Notes under the pieces: generated by a model | What the model saw: the letters and a program-made list of their open reading frames with translations, nothing else | What the model was told of the DNA's origin: nothing | The model's database searches: none | Made by a program: the position numbers and the translations under genes | Part shown: piece by piece, positions 24,881 through 37,689 of the stretch | Layout: each line of letters begins with the position of its first letter | Position numbering within the stretch: position 1 is the first letter of the stretch | From: Sphyrna mokarran | Taxonomy: Eukaryota | Direction: 5' to 3' | NCBI GenBank assembly: GCA_024679065.1 | Contig: JAGIQG010000005.1 | Coordinates: forward strand, 85,498,001-85,562,000 | Length of the DNA: 64,000 bases

Positions 24881-25970
24881 TTTCAGTGAGCATTCTTGAG
24901 CGTTATGGGCCTGTTTTGCCTGCAGAAAGAAATGGAAATAAGTCTTAAAAATTTTACTGTCTTATCTGACACACATTTACCTTTTGAAGACTATCCGAGG
25001 TGACATTTTCCATTATAATAATTATAACAAAGTCAGAACCATCTCCAAGGTAACTGCATTTTATGACATTTCAGAACATTAACAAAGACTGCATTGTACC
25101 TTATCAAGATTACATTTGATACCTCAGGAACTGAATAGATAGAGCTACCATTTCTGCTCCTTAAATTTTACAGTCAGGAGTTGGGATTTTAAGTTTTAAC
25201 TATTTTATATATTAAGATGCATACATACCCTGATGGAATGTAATAAATCATTAAGTTTCTTTTAGATTTTCCACACCCTGCAATATTAACTTTGTTCTGT
25301 TCAACCTCATTCAATAGGATATCCAACTCATTTTCTGTGACATATGACTTCTTGAGTTGCTATATTCTAAATAAAAATGAATGAATATTTTAAGCAGGAC
25401 ACACATAAAGTTAAATAATAACTGTGCATAGTTAGTAATATTACAATTCAAAATAAAGAAAAATGTAAATATTGAATAATCAGTCATAAAAATAAATTAA
25501 TTGAGTAAATAATAAAAGCATTAATTACTTAAAAAATAACAAAAAAATGAAAAGATTTCAAAATACCTTTATAATAGTGCGTTTTCTGTGTTCACTTTCA
25601 AACTGTTCTGTCAAAAGATGCACTCAATGGACATTCCCAAACTAGGAGCATCATAAATGGCATGACTACACTTCTCATGCTGTGGCTTGTGGGCTGTCTT
25701 GCTGCAGGTTCCAAGTTGCTTCAGATTGGGATTTGGATCGCCATTTTTCAATGAACATAAGTATGTGTTGAAGTCTTCTATTTTCAGGGGGCCATGGCTT
25801 TCTGTCTTTATTTGGAAGTTAAATCCCCTGATTTTAGAAGTCCACGCTGGCTTTTTCTAATCAATCCACATTTTTCAATATGACTACTAATTCTATGCAG
25901 AATAAATATTCCTTGAAGTTTCACTGCCACTAAGTTAAACTGCATCTTTCTGAACAAGAGCATATTGGTT

Positions 25971-28430
25971 TAATTTGATTTATTATTGTCACGTATTAAT
26001 ATACAGTGCACTATACAAAGTATACCTTACGTAGGGAAGGAAAAGAGAGAAAGCAAAATGTAGTGTTACATAGAACATTACAGCACAGAACAGGCCCTTC
26101 GGCCTTCGATGTTGCGCTGACCAATATGAAAAGCAATGCCCCTCCAAACTAAACCATTCCCTTCTCTTCCATATACTTATCAACTAACCTCTTAAACGCC
26201 ACCAAACTTGGCGCATCTACAACCGCTGCAGGCAGGGCATTCGACTCCCGAACCACCCTTTGGGTAAAGAACCTGCCCTGATATCCGTCCTATAACTATC
26301 ACCCCTTAATTTAAAGCTGTGTCCCCTCGTGCTAGCTTTCTCCATCCTAGGAAAAAGGCTATCACTGTCCACCCTATCTAAACCTCTAATCATCTTATAT
26401 GTTTCGATAAGGTCCCCTCTTAGCCGCCTCCTTTCTAACGAAAACAACCTCAAATCCCTCAGCCTCTCTTCATAAGACCTGCCCTCCATACCAGGCAACA
26501 TCCTGGTAAACCTCCTCTGTACCCTCTCCAATGCCTCCACATCTTTCTTATAATGTGGGGACCAGAACTGCACACAATACTCCAAGTGCGTCCGCACTAG
26601 AGTTTTGTACAGTTGCAACATGACGTTGCGGCTCCGAAATTCAATCCCTCTACCAATAAAAGCCAAGACTCCATATGCCTTCCTAACAACCTTCTCGACC
26701 TGACTGCCTACTTTCAGGGATCTATGCACATACACACCAAGATCCCTCTGTTCATCTAGACTACTAAGAATCCTACCATTTGCCCTATACTCTACACATT
26801 TATTATTTCTGCCATAGTGCATTACCTCACACTTTTCCACATTAAACTCCATTTGCCACCTCTCGGCCCAGCTCTGCAACTTGTCCAAGTCCCTCTGCAA
26901 ACTATAACACCCCTCTTCACTATCACCACTCCACCGACTTTAGTGTCATCTGCAAATTTACTAATCCATCCTTCAATACCCTCATCCAGATCATTTATAA
27001 AAATTACAAAGAGCAGGGGCCCCAAAACAGACCCCTGAGGTACACCACTAGTCACCGAACTCCAAGATGAATATCTCCCATCTACCACCACCCTCTGTCT
27101 TCTATCTGCTAGCCAATTCCTAACCCAATTAGCTAAATCACCCTCTATCCCATACATCTGCATTTTCTGCAGAAGTCTTCCATGGGCCACCTTATCAAAC
27201 GCCTTACTAAAGTCCATATATACCACATCAACCGCCTTACCCCCATCCACCTCCCTAGTCACTTTTTCAAAAAACTCAATGAGGTTAGTAAGGCACGACC
27301 TACCCTTCACAAAACCATGCTGACTATCTCCAATCAATTCATTACTCTCTAAATAATTATAAATCCTATCCCTAATTATTCTCTCCAATACTTTGCCCAC
27401 AACAGAAGTAAGACTCACTGGCCTATAATTCCCTGGAAGGTCTCTCTTCCCCTTCTTGAACAATGGGACCACATTCGCTATCCTCCAGTCCTCCGGAACC
27501 ACACCCGTAACCAACGACGACCTGAAGATCAGAGCCAGAGGCTCTGCAATCTCCTCTCTTGCCTCCCAGAGAATCCTAGGGTAAATCCCGTCCGGCCCAG
27601 GGGACTTATCCAACTTCAAACCCTCGAGAATATCTAGCACATCCTCCCTATCTACTTCGATACCTTCCAGTTTGCTACCCTGTACCTCAGTGTTCCCCAT
27701 AACTACATTTACATCCCCCTGCGTGAATACCGAAGAGAAATATTTATTCAGTACCTCTCCAATCTCCTCAGGCTCCACGCGCAACTTCCCACTGCTGTCT
27801 ATACAGCAGTGTCTATGTTACAGTCTATGTTACAGTCTATGTTTACAGTCTATGTTACAGTCATAGCTAGGGTGCAGATAAAGATCAGCTTAATATGAGG
27901 TAGGTCCACTCAAAAGTCTAATTGCAGTAGGGAAGAAGAAGTTGTTTTTGAATCGGTTGGTACGTGATCTCAGAATTTTGTATCTTTTTCCCGATGGAAG
28001 AAGGTGGAACAGAGTATTTGCTTGGGGTCCTTGATTATGCTGGCTGCTTTTCTGAGGCAGCGGGAAGTGAACATAGTGTTAATGGATAGAAAGCTGATTT
28101 GTGTGATGGACTGGGCTACATTCACGATCCTTTCTAGTTTCTTGTGGTCTTGGAGAGAACTAGAGCCGTATCAAACTGTGATACAACCAGAAAAAATGCT
28201 TTCAATGGTACATTTGTAGAAGTTGGAGAGAGTTGTAGTGGACTTGCCAAATTTACTTAGTCTTCTGAGAAAGTTGAGGTATTGGTGGGCTTTCTTAACT
28301 ATAGTGTTTGCATGGAGGGACCAGGGATCAGGACAAATCCTGCACTATACTTCCTGAAGTCAATGATAATCTCATTTGGTTTGTTGACATTGAGGAAGAG
28401 ATTATGATCGTCGATCCAGTTCACCAGATT
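25971..28430 (-). mobile_element. Rex1/Babar-type LINE 3' part, split by a young CR1
   Basis: Tail at 25971; the host motif atgtagtgttaca|gtcatagctaggg is broken at about 26070 and resumes at about 27860. Confidence 0.8.
26069..27800 (-). mobile_element. Young 5'-truncated CR1 LINE; RT nearly intact (ORFs 26822-27784 and 26217-26900 joined by a 1-bp frameshift)
   Basis: [62 protein letters not shown]; frameshift at about 26925 (VV-DSEEG); catagaacattacag tail. Confidence 0.97.
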
Positions 28431-28569
28431 GTAAACCAGAAGCAAAGTATACGTTTACTACAGCAGCCATCCTCCCTGTCTTGATGTGTAAATTTCCTTT
28501 TAGTCCCCTTTTCCTCCTTTTACTACTTATATGCCAACAGAAAACTTTGGAATCACCTTTATATTGACT

Positions 28570-28810
28570 GTCAATTGACAATGAACAATTTTCTCATTGT
28601 TCACTTCTCTCATGGGATTTTTCATCTTCTTTATTATCACCACATGATAATGGTGTTTGGTTTGGTGGATTCTGTCATTGTGGCATCATCTGGTTCTTCG
28701 CTGTGGCCCTTGTTCCTCTTCTGTGGTCTGATGTTGGGACTCCTTATTTGTGCATACTGTCACTTCAGGGCTTCAATGGTTTTTACTTGTGATGGTACAT
28801 CCTTCCTCTT
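28570..28810 (-). mobile_element. Possible Gypsy integrase fragment
   Basis: Reverse strand has KTIEALK and a terminal ...CGDNKED/IIKK-like end; weak. Confidence 0.3.
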
Positions 28811-29889
28811 GTTCACATGATATCCAAGCAGCCCAACTGTATGATGCCAGGAGGATAACTAGCCCCTGAAGTGACAAGGGCCTCATTCTTATTTTGTCAC
28901 TCTCCAGAGATGAGCTTCTGCAACTTTTAAATCCATGCAGCAAATTCTTTTAGCCAGTTGAAAGCTTTCACCTGAACTTCAAAAGATTTCTCTGCTTTCT
29001 AACTCACCTCCATTTTCATTCATATATTCCCTCACTGGGTTTAATTCCTGAATACTGGCTTCTTCATGCAAAGCTCTATTCACTTGCCAATAAGAAGACT
29101 TTAACTAGGTACAGATCTATTTTAAGGCTCATATGCTTTCCAGCACCACTAAAAATACGTGGTTCTGGGAATGGCTGTTCATTAGCCATTTTTTTCTCTC
29201 AATCCTCTTTAATTCCATTTTGGGACAGGAAAATTCAACCTGGCTTTTCCTAAGCTAATTCATTGAGAACTCATCAGCTAATGTCATCAAGAAGATGACC
29301 AAACAACTGAAAATGTCTGCTCAGACTGAGAAGTATAGAAGTACTTTACGATGTATGATGTTAATTTTCTGAGATTGCATTTCCAGTAAGAAACCACAAT
29401 TACTGGGTGTATACCTCAAATATTTTGTCATGAAGTATGTATTTTAATATTTAAGTTAAAGATTAAATTGAAGATCAATTTGCATTACCAGCCTGAATTT
29501 CTGATATACTCCACTAAATAAAGTGAGAATACCTGAACACTGCCATTATATTTCCTTAAATGATCTAATTCCATCAGTTTCGTTACCTGTAGTGTTACAT
29601 TTTTAGTACAGACTGGTAAGTTGTAAAAATAAATCAAAATCCCCAGTTATTAACTGGAGAGATTACACAGCAATATTTTACATTTTAAAGGAAAAAGATT
29701 TTCCTGACAAAAAAAGCTGTTAAGTTTGCTGTATACCCATAACGGTGAAAGTTTCATTAACTCAACAATATAATCCACTATGGTATTACTTGACAATAAT
29801 TTCCTTTTAGTGTAATTTCATTCTTAGTTGTGCTTTAACTCTAGGTGTGAAACAAAAGGTCAAAGGTGTCTGTGAAAACCCCCCATCAG

Positions 29890-30560
29890 CCGCTCTGTGG
29901 AAGATCTAAGTGCTCATCTGGGTACTTCTTCTGGGCCAGTCATTTTCTATGGGTTGACTTTCAAGAACCTAATCTGACATCTGTGATACTGGTTTGGCTG
30001 AGGCTTCCTGGATGGATGATATCTTCTTGCTGAAAATGTGTGTATAGAATGCATTGTTGCTGGTGATTCTATATGCCTTCACTTTGTAGCCTATTATGTT
30101 GTGTAGATCTTGCCATAATTGGTAGGTATTCCTGTGGCTAGCATGGGACTTTAGCTTGGTCTGTTATTGTCTCTTGGCATCTTTGATGATTGTCCAAAAA
30201 GCATATCTTGATTTCGTGTATAGGTCAGGATCACTCCACTCGAATGCCTCAGGTCTGGGCTTCAGTAAGCAATAGATGTCACAGTTTACATTTGCTTCTT
30301 TGGCACGCAGTCTTCTATGCCCTTACTAATGAAGTCTGTTACTGTAATGGTGTACTCATTCAGGTTGGTCACTGAGTTCGTAAATATTGACCAATCAGCT
30401 GACTCAAAGTAGTTCTGTAGGAAATCAACCGATGTCTCATATCAACACTGCATGACTTCATCGGGAGTTCTTACTTGTAAATTGGGAGCAGAACCATAGC
30501 CTGTGGTCTGATTTGCCAAAGTGTGGACGGTCAATAGGCATGTTTGATATTTGTGTAACA
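29890..30560 (-). mobile_element. Rex1/Babar LINE internal fragment
   Basis: Homologous to 35500-36250; reverse strand reads NLNEYTITVTDFISKGIEDCVPK. Confidence 0.7.
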
Positions 30561-31864
30561 GTGGCATTTGAGCCTCTAGTGGGACTGGAGACATGGTAGT
30601 ATTTTGTAAGGATAACATATCATACAGAATCTATCCCAGTAAGTACACAGTCCACATAAATCAATAAGTGTAGTCAGGAATGCTACACCCTAAAATCAAG
30701 TTGACAAATGATACTCAAAACAACAGCTATGGATTTTTCATCAAATCCCCCCAGACACTTCTCACACTGTGAGCAAATAGACTTTCACATGAGGATGTCA
30801 TTTCTCTACTTTCAAAGAACATGCCTTGCAATCTTTTCCCCCAAAAAATGCTCCCTCTCGGATGTCTTCATCAAAGATCCATCTCCAGGGTTCTACGCTC
30901 TCCTTCCGGTATTCAGCTGCAATGGATTGTCAGATGCATTCAAGCTGCTATGTAATCTCTCAATAGTCAGCATACAAATACAACATCATTGCTTTACGGG
31001 GTTTATCAAGGTCACCAAACTATGGGTTACCCTGATCCTCATATTTCTCTCAAGATGACTTTAAATGTGCTTCCTGCGGCAGTCCCTTTAATTCAGAACT
31101 CTTTCTCTGCTCTTTACTGTCACTGAACAGAATTTTTGTTTTTAAAGATTTCTGTTCTTCATTCCTTTGACTTCAGTGTTCTGGGTACTGTTCTGTCCCA
31201 TCACCTTGTTTCTAAAGAACTTCCTGTTCTTTAGCATGCAACCTGCACTTTGCACTATTTCTTCATGTTTCCCCTGTTTTAGCAGTTTCTAATATGCTTT
31301 CTTCTAGGTTAACTGGCTCCAACTAATTCAAGACTCTTGCTGTGTCTCAGTGTGGCCCCGCTTGTTATGCAAGAATGTATTTTTCTTTAAATATTATTTA
31401 TTATATTTTTGTACAGCCCTCATTACAAAGCAAGCATCTAAACCAATACATAGACTTGCAGGTAGGCATTTTTTAAATGTCAAATTAAAACTGAAGTTTA
31501 AACCCTTTCTTTGCACACAAATATAGAAAAATTATGCATACTTAACTAGCGTTATTTCTGATAACTACAAATCAAGCACATATTACTTAAAACTCCATTT
31601 CAACACAATTATATCATTTACAAAAATATTGCAATTCAAGACATCTTTGCACTGGGTGAAGCAGGCTACTATTTCCAGATTTCTTGCTTGTTTTCTGCAA
31701 CCTGACTACAGTGGCAACACTGGCAGATGCACCGAATCTTAGAGAAATGGTTATACAGTCACAACAGCTTATTTTCTGGTATTTTTGAGCACTGGACAGG
31801 TAAATCTGGAATTAATTAACTTGATGTAAAACAGATTGTTCAAACAGCTTTATTTAAATATAAA

Positions 31865-32410
31865 CTTACAGAAAAGACGTAGCCCATTTGGCTGCTTGGT
31901 ATATCCTGCTATTCAATAACATCATGGCTTATCTGTTTTTACTGAGTTCCTTATTCAATGTGGAATAAGCTTTGAGTTCCTTACCTAATAAAAAATATGT
32001 ACCTCCGCCTTAAAAATACTCAGGTACACTGCATTCACTGCCTTCTGCAGTGGGGGAGCTTCAAAGTCCCATAACCTTCAGAGAAAAAACTTTCCCTAAT
32101 TTCTATTCCATAAGGGCATCTCCTATTTTTGAAATGAAGCCTCCCAAGTTTTTGATTCATGCACAAAAGGAAATGTCTACCTTGTCAATACTATTGAGGA
32201 TCATACATATCTCAATCCAGTCACTCTTCAATCTTCTAAACACTAATGGAAACAAGCCTAGCCTTTCCAACCTATCCTCAGGAAATGTATTCCAGATATG
32301 AATCAAATCAAACTCCCTTCTGACCTTCTTCTAAAACACCGACAATTTTCTTTAAAATATGGAGACCAATATTGCACGAAGTATTAGAGATGCGCTCTCA
32401 CTAATTACAA
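31865..32410 (-). mobile_element. Old CR1 3' end
   Basis: cctgctattcaataacatcatggct tail and ggagaccaatattgcacgaagtatt (EYxVQxWSP remnant). Confidence 0.65.
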
Positions 32411-32429
32411 ATATTCATCACACTGAAAT

Positions 32430-33290
32430 TGAGAGTCTTTTCTTTGTCAATATCTACACTGCCCTTCGTAAGACGAGCATTTTTTTCTGGTTGGATGTCC
32501 TTTAAGATCCTGACTGCAAAAATATCCAAAGACTATGAGCATCTGATGTTTTCCATAGGGCATATGATATTGATGTTTGTCTTCATCCTCACATTATATC
32601 ACATTCACAATATGGAAAACCTGATGAGTTTTCAGTTGAAGATCTTTCAGCTTTACAGCTTAACTTCGACTGTATTTTTGCTCGTCTCATGTAGATGCTC
32701 ACTTACTTGGATCTCTGTTGCATTCTTATTGCTGACAATAAGCAGAACATACTTCTTTTTGGTTATATCTTCCCTCTGGTGCCATCTCCAGAACCAGATT
32801 TCCTGCACAGGTGAGCCCGATGTCCTTTGATACAGTCTAGCTTAGAAAAATCTCGCAATGCAGACAGTGCTGCAGGCCACACTGCCCACATGACTTGCTT
32901 GGTTTTGACATTCTGGTTCAGCACCAATACTGATAGCTGCGTCTAATGAGAATGTAGGTGTCATTTTGCAGCTACAATTGCTTTTCGTTTTCTGCTATCT
33001 TTTTACAAGAGTTTACATCAGGATTTTTACTTTCCACTAAAAGATATTTTCGAAAGAGTCATATGGCATTGATTCTACAATCAGTTCCATTATTTTTTAG
33101 ATTGATCCTCTTTTGAGACATCATTATTCTTGTTGCAGCATTTTTTGACAAATTGATTAACTCATGGGCTGTTGTTTTTAAGCCAACAACTATAAAAGTG
33201 TATTCTGATGTTTACCCTTACCTAATTCTGATTCTCTAGCATTACAACATGACAGGATCCTTTTGATCTTCCTCAGACAATTCTTAAGTA
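32430..33290 (-). mobile_element. Deletion-compressed Gypsy gag/pol fragments
   Basis: Reverse strand SEEDQKDP...VRVNIRIH, IMELIVES, zinc-knuckle remnants CGQCG and DCIKGHRAHLCR. Confidence 0.6.
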
Positions 33291-33733
33291 TTGACTCTTC
33301 CTTAGGCAAGTCTCATTATTGATTATTCAAATCCTTGTTTCTAATGGACCTCTTTATTTACACTACTTCTTAATCTGTTTAATTATGGATAGATTTAATA
33401 AGTACAGCTCCATTCTCCACTGCACACAATAATTAATACATATTCTCATAAAGTTCCTGTTCCAATGAATCATAACATCCATACTATGATATTCATTCCT
33501 CTCGTAATGAAGGGTAGCACTCCAACAGCCTTCTTGGTTACATGCTGCACCTACATACTAACGTTTTGTGACTCATGCACAATATCCACATCCCTTTGCG
33601 CTTCGACATTCTGTAGTTGTTCTCAATTTAAATAATGCTCTGCTTTTTTATCTTTTGCCATTATGAACAACTTCACACTTTGCTACATGACCCTCCACCA
33701 GCAAAACTTTTGCCCACTCATTCAACACCATCT

Positions 33734-34100
33734 GGGGTGGCATGATTGCACAGTGAATAGCACTGCTGTCTCACAATGCCAGGGACCTAGGTTAAATTCC
33801 TGGCTTGGGTCAGTGTCTGGATGGAGTCTGCATGTTCTCCCCATATCTGCTTGGGTTTCCTTTGGGTGTTCTGATTTCCTCCCACAACAACTATAAAAGC
33901 TGTATTCTGATAGTTATCCTGACCTAATTCCGATTGTCCAGCATTACAACTGGATAGGATGCTTTTGATCTTCCTCAGACGTAAGGGTTAGGTGGATTTT
34001 CCATCAATGTACTCAAACAAGCACCAGAGTGTGGCAACTAGGGGATTTTCACAATAACTTAATTGCGGTGTCAATGTAAGCCTATTTGTGACAATAATTA
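33734..34100 (+). mobile_element. V-SINE/HE1-type SINE with a foreign insert of about 95 bp
   Basis: tRNA-like head ggtggcatgattgcacagtg...actgctgtctcaca, V-domain ggagtctgcatgttctcccc, tail as in 1-113; insert at about 33884-33980. Confidence 0.8.
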
Positions 34101-34135
34101 CAAAAAAAACTCTGCATGTCAACTTCACAACATTC

Positions 34136-36600
34136 TTGATTTATTACTGTCACATGTATTAGTATACAGTGAAAAGTATTGTTTGCTTGCTACACAAAGC
34201 ATACTGTACTTAGGGAAGGAAAGGAGAGAATGTAGGATGTAATGTTACAGTCATAGCAAGGTTGCAGAGAAATATCAAATTAATGCGAAGTAGGTCCATT
34301 AAAATGTCTGATGGCAGCAGGCAAGAAGCTGTTTTTGAGTCAGTTGGTATGTGGTCTCAGATTTTTGTATCTTTTTCCCAATGGAAGAAGTTGGAAGACA
34401 GAATGTCCGGGATATGTGTGGTCCTTGATAATGTTGGCTGCTTTTTCGGAGCAGCAGGAAGTGTAGATGGTATCAATGGATGGTTTGAGTAATGGACCGG
34501 GTTTAATTCACAACCCTTTGTAGTTTCTTGCAGTCCTTGAACTGAAGTAGGAATCATACCAAGCTGTGATATGGTGCATCTGTAAAAATTGGTAAGAGAT
34601 GTTGCAGGCATGCCAAATTTCTTTCATTTCCTGAGAAAGTAGAGGCATCGATGGGTTTCTTAACTACAGTGTCTGCGTGGGGGGACCAGAACAAGTCGTT
34701 GGTGATTTGGACATCTAAAAACTTGAAACTCTCGACCATTTCTACTTCATCCCCATTAATGTAGACAAGGGCACGCCCTCTACTTAGCTTCCTGAAGTCG
34801 ATGATATTCCCTTCATTTTGTCGACATTGAGGAAGAGATTATTCTCATTGTACCAGTACACCAAATTCTCTATTTCTTTCCTGTATTCTGTCTCATCATT
34901 GTTTGAGATCCATCCCACAACAGTGGCATCATCAGCAAACTCCAAAATCGAGTTGGACGGGAATTTGGCCATACAGTCAAAGGTGAATAAGGAGTATAGT
35001 AGGGGTTGAGGACACAGCCTTGTGGAGCATCAGTGTCAAGAATAATCATGGAGGAGGTGTTGTTGTCTATTCTTGCTGACTGCAGTCTGTGGGTTTGGAA
35101 GTCTAGGATCCAGTTGCAGGGAGGATCTGAGCCTCAGGCCACAAAGTTTGGAGATGACTGTCATGAGACTAACAATGTTAAAGGCTGAGCTGTAGATTAT
35201 GAATAGGAGTCTGACATATATGTCTTTGTTATCTTGGTGTTCCAGGGTTGAGTGTAGAGTCAGGGCTGGCATCTGTTATAGACTTATTGAGGCAATAAGT
35301 GAACTATAGTGGATCCAGTCAGTCCAGTAGAGTAGGAATTGAGTTGTGCCATGACAGACTTTCAGTGCCACAGCCACCAGACAACAATATTCAGGCACGC
35401 TGCCAGGCTTTTCTTTGGTATTGGGATCATGGTCATTTTTTTGAAGCAGTTAAGGACCTCAGATTGGTGTGAATACTCCTGTTAGATGGCCCACACAGGA
35501 CCTGAGTGCTCATCTGGGTGCTCTATCTTGGTCAGTTGCTTTCCATGGGTTGACTTTGAGAAGGCTGCTCCAGCATCGACAAGGGTGACCTCAGATAATT
35601 TGTCAGAGGCATCCGGGATGAAGGGCATGCTCATGCTGACCTCTTGCTCAAAACGGACATTGAATGTTTCGAGCTCAATGGGGAGGGTGCATTGGAGCTG
35701 GTGATTTTACCTATTTCATCTTGTAGCCTATTATATCTTGCAGACTGTGCCAAAATTGGCAAGAGTCCATGTGGATACTTTAAGATTCTAGCTTGGTCCG
35801 TACTGCTGTCTGGCATCTATGATGAGTCTCCATAGATCATATCTGGCTTTCTCGAATAGGTTAGGGTTGTCTGACACGAATGCCTCAGACCTTGACTTCA
35901 GCAAGTTGCGGGATCCTTGTTCATCTATGGTTTCCAGTTGGGAAATACATGGCTTTGTTTTGTTGGCACAGTCTTCTAAACATTTACAAATGAAGTTAGT
36001 TACTATAGTGGCATATCTGTCCAGGTTGGTCGCAGAGTTTTTAAATGCTGACCAGTCTACTGACTGTATGCAGTCTCATAGGAGATCATCTGATTTCTCA
36101 GACCAACACTGCATGGTTTTCTTTGATGATTTCTCTCATTTCAGTTTTTGCTTGTAAGCCAGGAGCAGGTGCACAAACTTGTAGTCTGAAGTGCAGGCAG
36201 ACAATAGAGCGGCAGGCATGTTTGATATTTGTACACTTGTGGTCTAAGATGTTTGGGCCTCTGGTGGAACAAGAGGTGCATTGGTGGAAAGCTCTTGAGC
36301 TTGGCCTGATTAAAGTCCCTAGCGATGATGAACAAAGCCTTGGGACGTTTCATCTCAAGGCTATTTATGGTGGTGTATATTTCATCCAGCATGGTCTTCA
36401 TGCCTGGGTTGGAAACTGCTGTCACAATAACAGAGATGAACTCTCGTGGAAGGTAGTGGGGGCAGCATTTTAGCATCAGGTATTCTAGGTCTGGAAAGCA
36501 GAAACTCATCCGTCTATGCGTGTTTAGGCAACATGAAGTGCTGATTAGGAGGTAGACCCCACCTATCCGAGGCCATTGTGTGGTCCATTTGGTGGATTGA
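34136..36600 (-). mobile_element. Long decayed Rex1/Babar LINE (APE + RT)
   Basis: CFPDLEYLMLKCCPHYLPREF (APE), YVRLLF...[24 protein letters not shown]. Confidence 0.9.
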
Positions 36601-37689
36601 GAAGCCCTTTTCTGCATATTTCGCTACCTCATCAAAGTCACTGATGTAATTTGTAAAACGTTGAGGCATCAGGACAGTCCACTGCAAGACTCAATTCATC
36701 TGGCCCTATCAAAGATTCATTTATGCATACTCTGTTTCATGTCAACTAATCAATCTTCAATGCAGGCTAAATTTACACCAAAAGCTCTTATATTTTGCAA
36801 TACTATCTGATGTGGCATCTTATAAATGCTTATATCTACATGCAGACAATCTCTTCAATATGCCCCTGGACAGTTTTTCACTATTCTTGGACAATGTTAA
36901 AGTTTTTCCCATGCACAGTCTATCACCATTCTCTTTTGACCATTGTCCAATGCACTGATGTTATCCTGCCTGAGATTAATTTGTTTGTTGTTGACCTTTC
37001 CATCACCCCAGTTCCAGATCTGTGCCACCTAATCTCCTATAGGTCTTGGAATCCCCTGTCCTGACTTCATCTTAATCTTCTCTTCTGGCTCTGTTGCTTC
37101 ACCCCGTCACACCGAGTCCAGTTAATGTCACACGTTTGCAACTTGGTCCTTGACCCAATTCCCAGTCCTGACTCAGTCTATCACCTCCACCCTGGTAGGT
37201 GTGCCCCTCCACCCACTTCTGCAACTGTATCACCCTTCTCTTCTGGACATGTGATGAACCTTAATGAATACATAAAAGTTATTTAGTTAATGGCTGGTGT
37301 TTGTTTTGTCATTCAGTGATCGTGAATTATCACACGAGAACCCTTAACATCATTCCCTTCTGGCCCTTGCCTGAAACCGCTGAAGTTGTCCTGCATCAGA
37401 TTAATTCTCCCTTGTGATCTTATCCACCACTCCGAGCCCTGGAGCTGTGTCAGCCCAGACGACAATAGATCTTCCAATTTGGTTCCAACTCTATTTCAAC
37501 TTTTCCCTCTGGCCCTGGTGCCCCGACCTTGCCACAGCCAACATCACACATTTTTAAAATGCTTCACACATCCTCACAGTCTTCCTGATATAATTACTAA
37601 CCCTGACTCATGCATAGCATATTTTGTGCACCTTCTTTACTCTATAACCATATGTTCCTCATGTAACTGAGAAATGAGGTCCTGGTGAA

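Larger units (their letters stand above)
33490..36800 (-). mobile_element. Old CR1 RT remnant interrupted by a SINE (33734-34100) and a Rex LINE (34136-36600)
   Basis: Pieces 33490-33725, about 34105-34135 and 36612-36800 are collinear with the uninterrupted homolog at 42240-42770. Confidence 0.6.

Noticed and set aside
26217-27784. Longest ORFs (320 and 227 aa) as a functional gene
   Set aside because: They are a 5'-truncated CR1 ORF2 lacking the endonuclease and carrying frameshifts.
30708-31058. 116-aa ORF or possible RNase H DAS motif on the reverse strand
   Set aside because: No convincing motif series in either orientation; left unassigned.
32429-32830. Hydrophobic 133-aa plus-strand ORF as a membrane protein
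   Set aside because: It is the T-rich antisense reading of Gypsy fragments.
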